A stretch of 11,734 nt of DNA from Octopus sinensis (taxonomy: Eukaryota), in contig NW_021826891.1 of the NCBI RefSeq assembly GCF_006345805.1, forward strand, positions 1 to 11,734, written 5' to 3'. Under the pieces are notes generated by a model. The model was given only the letters and a program-made list of their open reading frames with translations. It ran no database searches and had not been told where the DNA came from. Shown here in pieces: positions 1 through 8,915 of the stretch. Position numbers and translations under genes: made by a program. How positions within the stretch are numbered: the first letter of the stretch is position 1; each line of letters opens with the position of its first letter.

Positions 1-90
1 AATAAACACACACACACCGGTCTGGGAATCGAAACCGCGATCCTCCGACCGCGAGTTCGCTGCCCTAACCACTGGGCCATTGCGCCTCCA
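1..90 (-). mobile_element. tRNA-derived SINE, 5' head (continues beyond the left edge of the window)
   Basis: Minus strand reads TGGAGGCGCAATGGCCCAGTGGTTAGGGCAGCGAACTCGCGGTCGGAGGATCGCGGTTTCGATTCCCAGACCGG. It has A-box TGGCCCAGTGG (79-69), D-stem GCCC/GGGC and B-box-like GGTTTCGATTCCC (36-24). The anticodon stem does not pair and there is no acceptor stem, so it is a SINE head rather than a tRNA. Confidence 0.8.
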
Positions 91-112
91 TGTGTGTGTG
101 TATACCATTGCA

Positions 113-370
113 TTTGTGTTTGTATACGCTCCGACCACCGTCACCGCTTAACAACCGGTGTTTGTTCGTTTACGTCCCCCGTAACGTAGTGGTTCGGCAG
201 TAAGAAAACGTTAGAACGAATAAATACCCGTACTTAAGTACTGCGACAGATATTTTAAAGTAAAGATTTATAGATAAATATATAAATAAATTAAGCTATT
301 TCAAGGCGGTGCTGCAGCATGACCGCAGTTCAATGACCGAAACACGTTGAAAAATAGAAGACTAGAAAAG
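113..370 (+). mobile_element. Diverged 3' half of a SINE related to the copy at 7598-8010
   Basis: GCTTAACAACCGGTGTTTGTTCGTTTACGTCCCCCGTAACGTAGTGGTTCGGCA and AAGGCGGTGCTGCAGCATGACCGCAGTTCAATGACCGAAAC align with 7830-7882 and 7949-7989 of the in-window full copy. An AT-rich segment (~245-295) separates the two blocks. Confidence 0.8.
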
Positions 371-525
371 AAGAAAATCAGCCCCTTTTATTTTTGAATT
401 AAAGGAGGCGGAGTTAGGGGGCCGCAACACACTTCTCCGAGTCTCTCTGGAGCTGTTGGAAACAAAATTAGCTGAAATTGTGGACTCGAAACGTTTGGTT
501 TATTTATAAGGAAAACCCCGCCAAA

Positions 526-625
526 ACTGGAGGAAGAGGAGGAGGAGGAGGAGGGGAGGAGGAAGAAAACGAAGAGCTTGAGGAGGATGAGGAGGACTAG
601 GACGACTAGGAGGTGGAAGAGGAAG
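526..625 (+). repeat. Degenerate (GGA)n purine-rich microsatellite
   Basis: GGAGGAAGAGGAGGAGGAGGAGGAGGGGAGGAGGAAG visible directly. Confidence 0.85.
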
Positions 626-1145
626 ACAGTCATGTCATTGAACTCCCCGTTATCGATTTCTTCATCTGGTGAACAACCTTAGCGTTGTCAGATCAATATA
701 TGTGCCAACACAACAATGATACTAACTGCGAATCGTCGGAATAACCTGGTTAATGTCTCGTCGACGGAATGTCTATAACCTAGAGTTCACTTTCCTCAAT
801 GTACCAAATGCACTTAGAAAGAGATGTGGCAGATTGCGCTAAACCGTAGGGGAGAGAATGCTTTCTTATGTAATAGTAGTATGTGTTACGAACACATCAA
901 CGTCAAGGCTGTGCGTTCGAATTTCATCGACGCCAATAATTAGTATTCTTGGTTTTTTTGTGGGGGTTTTTATATCTTCGTTGCTTCTTTCTTTTCTGGG
1001 TTCGATTTTCGATAAATACAATTTTCTAATCACAACGGTGTATTGTGATATTTTATTAAAGGCTTCGTTCAAACGAATTATCGCTTCCGGCTCTTAACGA
1101 TTTTTATTTTCTTTCAGTTCAAATCCCGTCGAGGTGAACTCAGAC

Positions 1146-1217
1146 AACATCATTATGAAAATAATAATAATAACAACAACAACAACAACAACAACAATAA
1201 TAATAATAATAATGATA

Positions 1218-1248
<31 letters not shown>

Positions 1249-1823
1249 TCGTCATCATCATCGTCGTCGTCGGCGTCGGCGTCATCATCGTCATCATCAT
1301 CATCACCACCATCACCACTTCCACAATCTTCATCATCATCATCATCATCAACACCACTTCTACCACCACCACCACCACTACCAAGATCCCCACTATCACC
1401 ATCTTCATCATTATCATCATCATCACCACCACCGCCACCACCACCATCATCATCACCATCATCTTCATCCTCATCGTCTTCGTCATCATCGTCATCGTCG
1501 TCATCATCGATGCCATCATCATCATTATCATCATCATCATCATCATGATCGTCGTCATGATCATCATCGTCATCGTCAACGTCATCATCTCCACCATCAT
1601 CACCACCACCACTATCACCATCGTCATAATCATCATCATCATCATCGTCATATTAATCATCATCACCACCACCACCACCACCGCCACCACCACCATCACC
1701 ACCACCACAATCTTCATCTTAATCATCATCATCATCACTAGCAGCACCACCATCATCATCATCATCATCATCATCGTCATCATCATCGTCATCATCATCA
1801 TCACCATCATCGTCATCATCATC
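1146..1823 (+). repeat. Compound (ACA/ATA/ATC/ACC)n microsatellite
   Basis: Trinucleotide runs that generate the poly-I/T and poly-M/V ORFs. Confidence 0.95.
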
Positions 1824-2207
1824 TGTTGCCATATGCACCAAATGTACCGAGATGGCCAAGTAACAGATTTCATTGAATAAATGTCTTGCTGTTATGTGGA
1901 TATACTTGTTACGAATCTCTGCGCTGCGAGTTCGATTCGCGTCTATGTTAACAGTGAATTTATTTTTTTCCTATTTTTGCGTTTCTTTTTCTTTTTTTTA
2001 TTATTTTTTTTCTGGTTTGTTCAATAATTAAAATTACCAATCACAATATATATATATTGCCGGATTTGTATAAAGTTCGAAACGGATTTGGGGATTCGGG
2101 TTCGATGATCGATAAATGAAATTATCAATTCTAACGGTGAAAGGCTCGGACAAATTAGCGTTTCCGGATGTCAGCGTTTTGTGTTCGAATCACACCAAAG
2201 ACAGTTG

Positions 2208-2458
2208 AGTCATCACCATTATCATCATCATCACCATCATCATCACCATCATCATCATCATCATCATCTTCATCATCATCATCATCAGCATCATCATCAC
2301 CATCATCATCATTACCACCACTATCATCATCATCATCATCATCATCATCATATCATCATCATCATCATCATCATCTTCATCATCATCATCATCAGCATCA
2401 TCATCACCATCATCATCATTACCACCACTATCATCATCATCATCATCATCATCATCAT

Positions 2459-2492
<34 letters not shown>

Positions 2493-2494
2493 CC

Positions 2495-2526
<32 letters not shown>

Positions 2527-2867
2527 CATCTTCATCATCATCATCATCAGCATCATCATCACCATCATCATCATTACCACCACTATCATCATCATCATCA
2601 TCATCATCATCATATCATCATCGTCATCAACATCATCATCACCACCACCACCACCATCATCATTATTCACATCATCGTCATCAACATTATCATCATCACC
2701 ATCACCAACACTACCATCATCATCATCATCATCATCATAATCACCATCATCATCATCATCATCATCCTATATCTTCATCATCATCATCATCATCATCATC
2801 ACCATCATCATCATCGTCATCAACATTATCATCACCATCACCAACACTATCATCACCAACAACTATC

Positions 2868-2899
<32 letters not shown>

Positions 2900-2904
2900 C
2901 ACCA
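2208..2904 (+). repeat. (ATC)n microsatellite with internal higher-order duplications
   Basis: ATC runs, with the variant signature ATTACCACCACT repeated at 2311, 2418 and 2573. Confidence 0.95.
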
Positions 2905-3293
2905 CTTGCTAAATGTGTCAGATATACTCAGCTGATGATATAACAGAATTTGTCAGACCGCTAGTAAGAATGTCTTATGACCGTACGTCGTAGGCCACTA
3001 CATTGTGAGTTCAAATCTTGTCGACGTCAACTCAGCCAATTTTTTTCTTTTTTTTTTCTGTTTTTCGTGTTCGATATTTGACAAATCAAATTATCGATCA
3101 GAATGGTGAACGATCGGATTTGTTAAACGCTTGGTAGAGTTATATCAGTTGCGAAGCCCAGTGTTTTGAGTTCAAATTCCGCCGAGGTCAAGACAGAAGG
3201 AGGAATTGTAGGAATTGTTAAAGGAACGAGCGACGAGATTTCAGTTCCGGATCTCTGCGTTCGCAGTTCAAATCCGATCGAGATCAACTCTGC

Positions 3294-3830
3294 AATCATC
3301 ATCACCATCATCATCATCATCATCATCATCATCAGAAATATCATCGTCGTCATCATCACCACCACCACCATCACAAATCACCACCACTACCACCGCCACC
3401 ACCATCACCACCGTCACCTCCACCATCACCGTCACCCCACCATCACCACCATCACCATCAGTACCACCACCATCACCATGCCATCACCATCACCACCACA
3501 ACCACCGCCACCACTATCACTTCCACACTACAGCCATCACCATCACCCCACCAACACCATCACCAACACCACTATCACCACCATCCCCACCAGTACCACC
3601 ATCACCCCACCACCGCCATCACCACCATTGCCATCACCACCACTACCATTACCACTACCACCAACACCACTGCCATCACCCCACCAACACCATCACCACC
3701 ACCACCATCATCATCATCACCATTATCACCACCATCACCACCACCATCACTACCACCACCATCGTCTCACCATCACCACCACCACTACCACCGCGATCAC
3801 CACCACCATCCTCACTAGCACCACCACCAA
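3294..3830 (+). repeat. (ATC/ACC)n degenerate microsatellite
   Basis: Trinucleotide runs seen directly. Confidence 0.95.
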
Positions 3831-3913
3831 CATTTCGGACAACGAAGCAACGATGACCCCAAAGTGTTATTGTTCGGTGGTGGTGGGTGATTACGTCCAG
3901 GGTTAATTCTTAC

Positions 3914-4007
3914 ACAAACAAGCACTGTTCCATCCGTGTCCATCACAACTGGTTTTCTGATATAGCTACGGAATACATTATGGGATACAGTATGCAACGT
4001 GGCGTTC
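3914..4007 (-). CDS. Possible small internal exon, product unknown
   Basis: Minus strand has a pyrimidine-rich acceptor CTGTCCTTTCCTCTGTCTTGTCTATCACCACAAG|G and donor TGT|GTAAGA. One open frame reads NATLHTVSHNVFRSYIRKPVVMDTDGTVLVC. No recognisable homology. Confidence 0.2.
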
Positions 4008-4057
4008 CTTGTGGTGATAGACAAGACAGAGGAAAGGACAGCATCCCCCACCTCCCC

Positions 4058-4068
4058 CTCATCATCAC

Positions 4069-4100
<32 letters not shown>

Positions 4101-4125
4101 CCATCTTCATCATCACCTTCATTAC

Positions 4126-4169
<44 letters not shown>

Positions 4170-4276
4170 ATCATCATCATCATTACCATCACCATCATCA
4201 TCACCACCATCATCATCACCACCATAATCATCATCATAATCACCATCATCTTCATCATCACCATCATCTCCATCAC

Positions 4277-4314
<38 letters not shown>

Positions 4315-4410
4315 CCAACATCATCATCATCATTACCATCATCATCATCATCATCATCACCATCATCATCACCATCATCATCATCATCACCATCATCATC
4401 ACCATCTTCA
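4058..4410 (+). repeat. (ATC)n microsatellite
   Basis: Trinucleotide runs seen directly. Confidence 0.95.
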
Positions 4411-4685
4411 CCCCGCTCACGTGTTCCAGTCTATTTTCCCTATTGTTAACAATTTGACGGAACATTCATCTTAGCTTACAGTCGCCTCACCCCCATCTCA
4501 ACCACCAACACCACCACCGCCGCCCCCTCCCGCCCCCACACACATATATCACCTTACACAAGTACCCCACCTCATTCACACCTAAGTATGATGGATGAGC
4601 TGACTGTCCTACCGCCACTAACACCCAGTTGCTCTATCGATTTTCCTCTAATCCATACAAAACACCCCTTTCTCGCCTGTCGCAG

Positions 4686-4723
4686 GTTTATCATACGCCA
4701 TCAGTGCAACGGTTTGGAATGGC
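4686..4723 (+). CDS. Possible 38-nt micro-exon, product unknown
   Basis: Acceptor CCCCTTTCTCGCCTGTCGCAG|G and donor GGC|GTATGA. All three frames are open within the exon (e.g. LSYAISATVWNG). No homology can be asserted. Confidence 0.2.
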
Positions 4724-4729
4724 GTATGA

Positions 4730-5087
4730 CAGTGTGTGTGAATGTGTGTATGTGCACGTGTGTGTGTATTGTGTTTGTCTTTGTACGAGTGCCAGTGTGT
4801 ATGCGTGTGTCTATTGATATGTATGTTTACATTATTTTACGTTACGGATGCGGGTGTATAGCATATGCATACATACATGTACACAGACACACGCATATAT
4901 ATCTGTATATGTGTATATACATATATATGTGTGTATGTCTGTGTGTGTATAACTATATGCATATATACATATATACAAATATGCATGTTGTTTATGTATG
5001 TCTATGTATATATATGCATGTATGTATGCATATGCATATATACGAATATATATATATACAATATATATTAATATTTATCTATACATT

Positions 5088-5118
<31 letters not shown>

Positions 5119-5170
5119 GCATATATACCATTACATATGTATATTTATATAATATATATATATATATATA
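4730..5170 (+). repeat. (TG)/(TA) dinucleotide microsatellite
   Basis: Dinucleotide runs that produce the poly-YI/VC ORFs. Confidence 0.95.
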
Positions 5171-5533
5171 TCTTATATAAAATCCGTTCTGTCTGTCTGT
5201 GTGTCTTCTAGGATCTCGGGCATCCTCCATCCGATTGCGCTCAAATTTGATATGTAAATACCGACGGTATCTGGGCATGTATAAGTCTTGAAAAAATTAC
5301 AAAAATCGATTCCAGGTGAGAATGCGATCGATAAAGCCGTGGGAAATCGTTTTTCTTTGGAATAGGAAAAAAGTCTATCTTTATTTCTTCTATTGTTGAT
5401 GTCTCAAATTTAAGTTAAATCAGTGTATCGCAAACGGGAAGCCTATGGGACGGTCGGACAAGTTATTTTGAGAAAATTTGGTTTAAATGTTGACAACTCA
5501 GCACCGTCCATTGGAGGGGGGTGTTTTGCTCGT
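5171..5533 (+). mobile_element. Non-autonomous interspersed repeat, probably Helitron-like; 3' boundary uncertain
   Basis: Starts A|TCTTATATAAAA followed by (GTCT)n and CCGATTGCGCTCAAATTTGATATG. This layout resembles Lep1-type non-autonomous Helitrons as I recall them. No clear CTRR end with hairpin; CAAG|T at 5459-5463 is a possible terminus. Confidence 0.45.
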
Positions 5534-5544
5534 GTGTATATATA

Positions 5545-5583
<39 letters not shown>

Positions 5584-5586
<3 letters not shown>

Positions 5587-5790
5587 GGAAGGTTTACGAA
5601 AATAAACAAAAGATGAAGGCAGGTGGAGTACAAACAAACAAATGTATTAGTATGGCGCTCAGGAATAGAATAGAACAAGTCTTTACGTTTCGAGCCTACG
5701 CTCTTCAACAGAAAGATACACAGAAAAAAAAAAACAAGGAGAGAGAAAACAGGAGAGAAAAAAATGCGTGTAGGAGCTAATATCAATCTA
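5584..5790 (-). mobile_element. Short repeat fragment with a hammerhead-like motif (Penelope-like/retrozyme-type terminal repeat candidate)
   Basis: Minus strand 5716-5680 reads TCTTT CTGTTGAA GAGC GTAG GCTC GAAAC GT AAAGA. The element is flanked by TA microsatellites. Confidence 0.4.
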
Positions 5791-5848
5791 TGTATATGTA
5801 TATGATGTATATATATATATATATATATAATATATATATATATATATA

Positions 5849-5890
<42 letters not shown>

Positions 5891-6030
5891 ATACACAGAC
5901 GCATATATGTACATTTTATATATATATAAATGTATATTGTGTATGTGTATATGTGTGAGTGTGTGTGTGTTTGTGTGCCTTATACATGAATCTATACCGA
6001 TATATATATGAATGTATGCATGCATGTATG

Positions 6031-6074
<44 letters not shown>

Positions 6075-6172
6075 TATATATATATATAATATATATATAC
6101 ATACATACATATATACACACACATACACCCACATACATATATATGTGTATGTATGTATGCGTGCATGTATAT
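5791..6172 (+). repeat. (TA)/(TG)/(CA) microsatellite
   Basis: Dinucleotide runs seen directly. Confidence 0.95.
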
Positions 6173-6535
6173 CCGGGTGAGTGGCGTGTGTTTTGGGTGA
6201 GGTGTGGGGGGTGGGGCGGCGTTCGAGGTGTGAGTAGTCACGTGAAGGACTCCACCGGATCCAGCTTGATGTTGACAACCTAAGCAGCAGGACATCTCTC
6301 ACAGAGATGAGTCTCGTGCGGCTTTGATAACGATGACGTCATCAGCAGCATCAGCAATTCCGGTGTCACTGAGATTGTTGTTGTCGTTGTTGTTGTTGGG
6401 TATTTTCCCAGCTCTCCAGCCTCGCCCTACCACCCTGCCCATCCACACACTTCTGGTCATCGCAGCTTGTACAAACACATATTAAAACCATCAGAGATAG
6501 TGCGGGGTGGGAAAGGGGTTTGTGGTGAGCGAGAT

Positions 6536-7165
6536 GGTGTTAGTAGTTGTGGAGGTGGTGCTGGTGGTGGTGGTGGTGGTAGTGGTAGTGGTGGTGGTGG
6601 TGGTGTTGGTGGTGGTGGTGGTGGTGGTGGAGGTGATGGTGGCGGTGGTGGCAGCAGTGGTGGTTGTGGTTGTGGTAGTGGTGGATGTTGTTGTGGTGGT
6701 GGTGGTGGTGGTGGTGGTGGTGGTGGTGGTAGTGGTGAAAGTTGTGGTGGTGGTGGTGGTATTGCTGGTGATGGTGCTGGTTGTGGTTAATTGTGGTGAT
6801 GGTGGTGTTACGGTGGTGATAGCCATGGTTGTGGTAGTACTAGTGGTGATGATGATAGTTGTAGTGGAAGTGGTTGTGGTAGTAGTGGTGGTGGTAGTGA
6901 TGGTAGTGGTTGTGGTAGTGGTTGTGGTAGTGGTTGTGGTGGTAGTGGTGGTGATTGTGGTGGTAGTGGTGGTGGTATTGGTGGTGTTAGTGGTGTTGGT
7001 GGTTGTGGTGGTGGTAATGGTGGTGGTGGTGGTGGTGGTGGTAGTGGTGGTGATGGTGGTTGTGGTGTTGGTGATAGTGGTGGTGGTATTAGTGGTGGCA
7101 ATGGTGGTAGTAGTGGTGGCAATGGTGGTAGTAGTGGTGACGCTAGTGATGGTTGTGAAGAAGTG
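6536..7165 (+). repeat. (GGT)n degenerate microsatellite
   Basis: About 630 nt of GGT/AGT/TGT triplets that produce the poly-G/V/T ORFs. Confidence 0.95.
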
Positions 7166-7179
7166 ATGTTGACACAAAA

Positions 7180-7543
7180 ATTGTAAACAACCTTAACAAC
7201 AGCAGCAGCAGCAGCAGTGAAGACATCAATAACAACAACACCACCATCACCCTCAGCGCACACAACAGCCACAACCACCACAACCACCACAACCACCACC
7301 GCCCCAACCACCACCAACACCACCAACAACAACAATGAAACCATCAACAACTAAATCAGGAGAGTAAAAACGACAACAACAGCGAAATCATCGACCAGTG
7401 CAACCACAAGAGAAACAACAACCAGCGCAAGAAAGACAGCAGCAACAACAACACTAACAACAACATCGGTAACGACACCAGTGGGGACGTCGTTGCCACC
7501 ATCAGCATCATCATCGTAATCATCACCATCATTATAGTCATCG

Positions 7544-7581
<38 letters not shown>

Positions 7582-7597
7582 GTTAATATTATTATTA
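7180..7597 (+). repeat. Decayed (ACA/ACC/ATC/ATT)n microsatellite
   Basis: Triplet runs ending in (ATT)n just before the SINE. Confidence 0.85.
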
Positions 7598-8010
7598 GGC
7601 GCAGGGGTGGCTGTGTGGTAAGTAGCATGCTAACCAACCACACGGTTCCGGGTTCAGTCCCACTGCGTGGCATCTTGGGCAAGTGTCTTCTGCTATAGCC
7701 CCGGGCCGACCAATGCCTTGTGAGTGGATTTGGTAGACGGAAACTGAAAGAAGCCTGTCGTATATATATATATATATATATAAGTGTGTGTGTATATGTA
7801 TGTGTGTCTGTGTTTGTTCCCCTAGCATTGCTTGACAACCGATGCTGGTGTGTTTACGTCCCCGTCACTTAGCGGTTCGGCAAAATAGAGCGATAGAATA
7901 AGTACTGGGCTTACAAAGAATAAGTCCAGGGGTGGATTTCCTCGACTAAAGGCGGTGCTCCAGCATGGCCGCAGTCAAATGACTGAAACAAGTAAAAGAG
8001 TAAAAGAGTA
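7598..8010 (+). mobile_element. Full-length tRNA-derived SINE with CORE-like central segment
   Basis: A-box TGGCTGTGTGG (7608-7618), B-box-like GGTTCAGTCCC (7651-7661), CORE-like CATCTTGGGCAAGTGTCTT (7671-7689), an internal TA/TG tract (~7761-7805) and tandem tail AAGTAAAAGAGTAAAAGAGTA. Confidence 0.88.
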
Positions 8011-8052
8011 TTATAACAACAACGACGATGATGATGACGATGATGATGCTTA

Positions 8053-8268
8053 TAATCTTTTCTATTCTAAGCACAAGGCCCGAAATTTTTGAGGAGGGTA
8101 CCAGTGGATTAGATCGACCCCAGTACGCAACTGGTACTTAATTTATTGATCCTGAAAGGATGAAAGGCAAAGTTGACCTTTACAGAATTTGAACTCAGAA
8201 TGTAAAGACAGACGAAACACCACTAAGCGTTTCGTCCGGCGTGCTAACGATTCTGCCAGCTCGCCACC
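8053..8268 (-). mobile_element. tRNA-derived SINE of a second family, near full length
   Basis: Minus strand reads GGTGGCGAGCTGGCAGAATCGTTAG...TCTGAGTTCAAATTCTGTAAAGGTCAACTTTGCCTTTCATCCTTTCAGGATCAATAAATTAAGTACCAG...CTTAGAATAGAAAAGAT, with A-box-like TGGCAGAATCG and B-box GAGTTCAAATTC. Confidence 0.85.
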
Positions 8269-8271
8269 ACC

Positions 8272-8272
<1 letters not shown>

Positions 8273-8345
<73 letters not shown>

Positions 8346-8470
8346 CAACAACAACAATAATAATAATAATAATAATAATAAACAACAATAATATAATAAT
8401 AATAATAATAATAATAACAACAACACAACAATAATAATATATAATACTAATAATAATATAATAAAACAAC

Positions 8471-8506
<36 letters not shown>

Positions 8507-8731
8507 AATAACAACAACAACAACAATAATAATAATATAATAATAATAATAACAACAAACTAATAATATAATAATAATATAATAAAATAACAACAACAAC
8601 ACAATAATAATAAAATAATATAATAATAACAAAATAATAATAATAATAATAACAACAACAACAACAGTAACAGCAACAACAATGATGATAATAATAATAA
8701 CAATAATAATGATGATGATGACGATGATAAC

Positions 8732-8774
<43 letters not shown>

Positions 8775-8802
8775 GTGATGATGATGATGTTGATGATGAT
8801 GA

Positions 8803-8847
<45 letters not shown>

Positions 8848-8874
8848 TAATAATGATGATGATAATAATAATAA

Positions 8875-8915
<41 letters not shown>

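Larger units (their letters stand above)
725..3293 (+). repeat. Tandem array of degenerate 5' SINE fragments (tRNA-like heads) in ~1.05-kb units
   Basis: B-box-centred motifs lie at 783-795 (weak), 915-922, 1117-1143, 1928-1940, 2181-2195, 3007-3037, 3168-3191 and 3264-3293. The stretch 2999-3037 matches the in-window SINE (8053-8268, minus) at 31/39 nt. A shared leader sits at 792, 1826 and 2906, and a shared body-start motif at 998, 2098 and 3067. Confidence 0.7.

Noticed and set aside
17-90. Possible tRNA gene on the minus strand
   Set aside because: The anticodon stem does not pair, there is no acceptor stem, and the sequence runs into SINE-type body sequence.
405-509. Plus-strand open stretch EAELGGRNTLLRVSLELLETKLAEIVDSKRLVYL* after a weak AG
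   Set aside because: Short, with no start codon or convincing donor and no recognised homology. It cannot be supported without RNA-seq or blastp.
2180-2194. T-arm hairpin TGTG-TTCGAAT-CACA suggesting a tRNA
   Set aside because: No D-arm, anticodon arm or acceptor stem; explained as a degenerate SINE head within the array.
725-3293. CRISPR-like repeat-spacer interpretation of the recurring GTTC(G/A)AAT motifs
   Set aside because: The repeats are divergent and irregularly spaced and match a Pol III B-box of a SINE; the context is eukaryotic with no cas genes.
4686-4723. Resemblance of LSYAIS to an MFS-transporter segment
   Set aside because: A six-residue similarity is not significant, and the reading frame is not established.
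4588-6302. YI/VC/HT-rich ORFs
   Set aside because: Translations of TA/TG/CA dinucleotide repeats.
6238-6326. Short protein-like reads on both strands (plus: GLHRIQLDVDNLSSRTSLTEMSLVRL*; minus: VVNIKLDPVESFT*)
   Set aside because: Mutually exclusive, the plus-strand acceptor lacks a pyrimidine tract, and neither is recognisable.
6333-6485. 50-aa ORF resembling a signal peptide (MTSSAASAIPVSLRLLLSLLLLGIFP...)
   Set aside because: The Leu run comes from a (TTG)n microsatellite, and there is no good donor to continue it.
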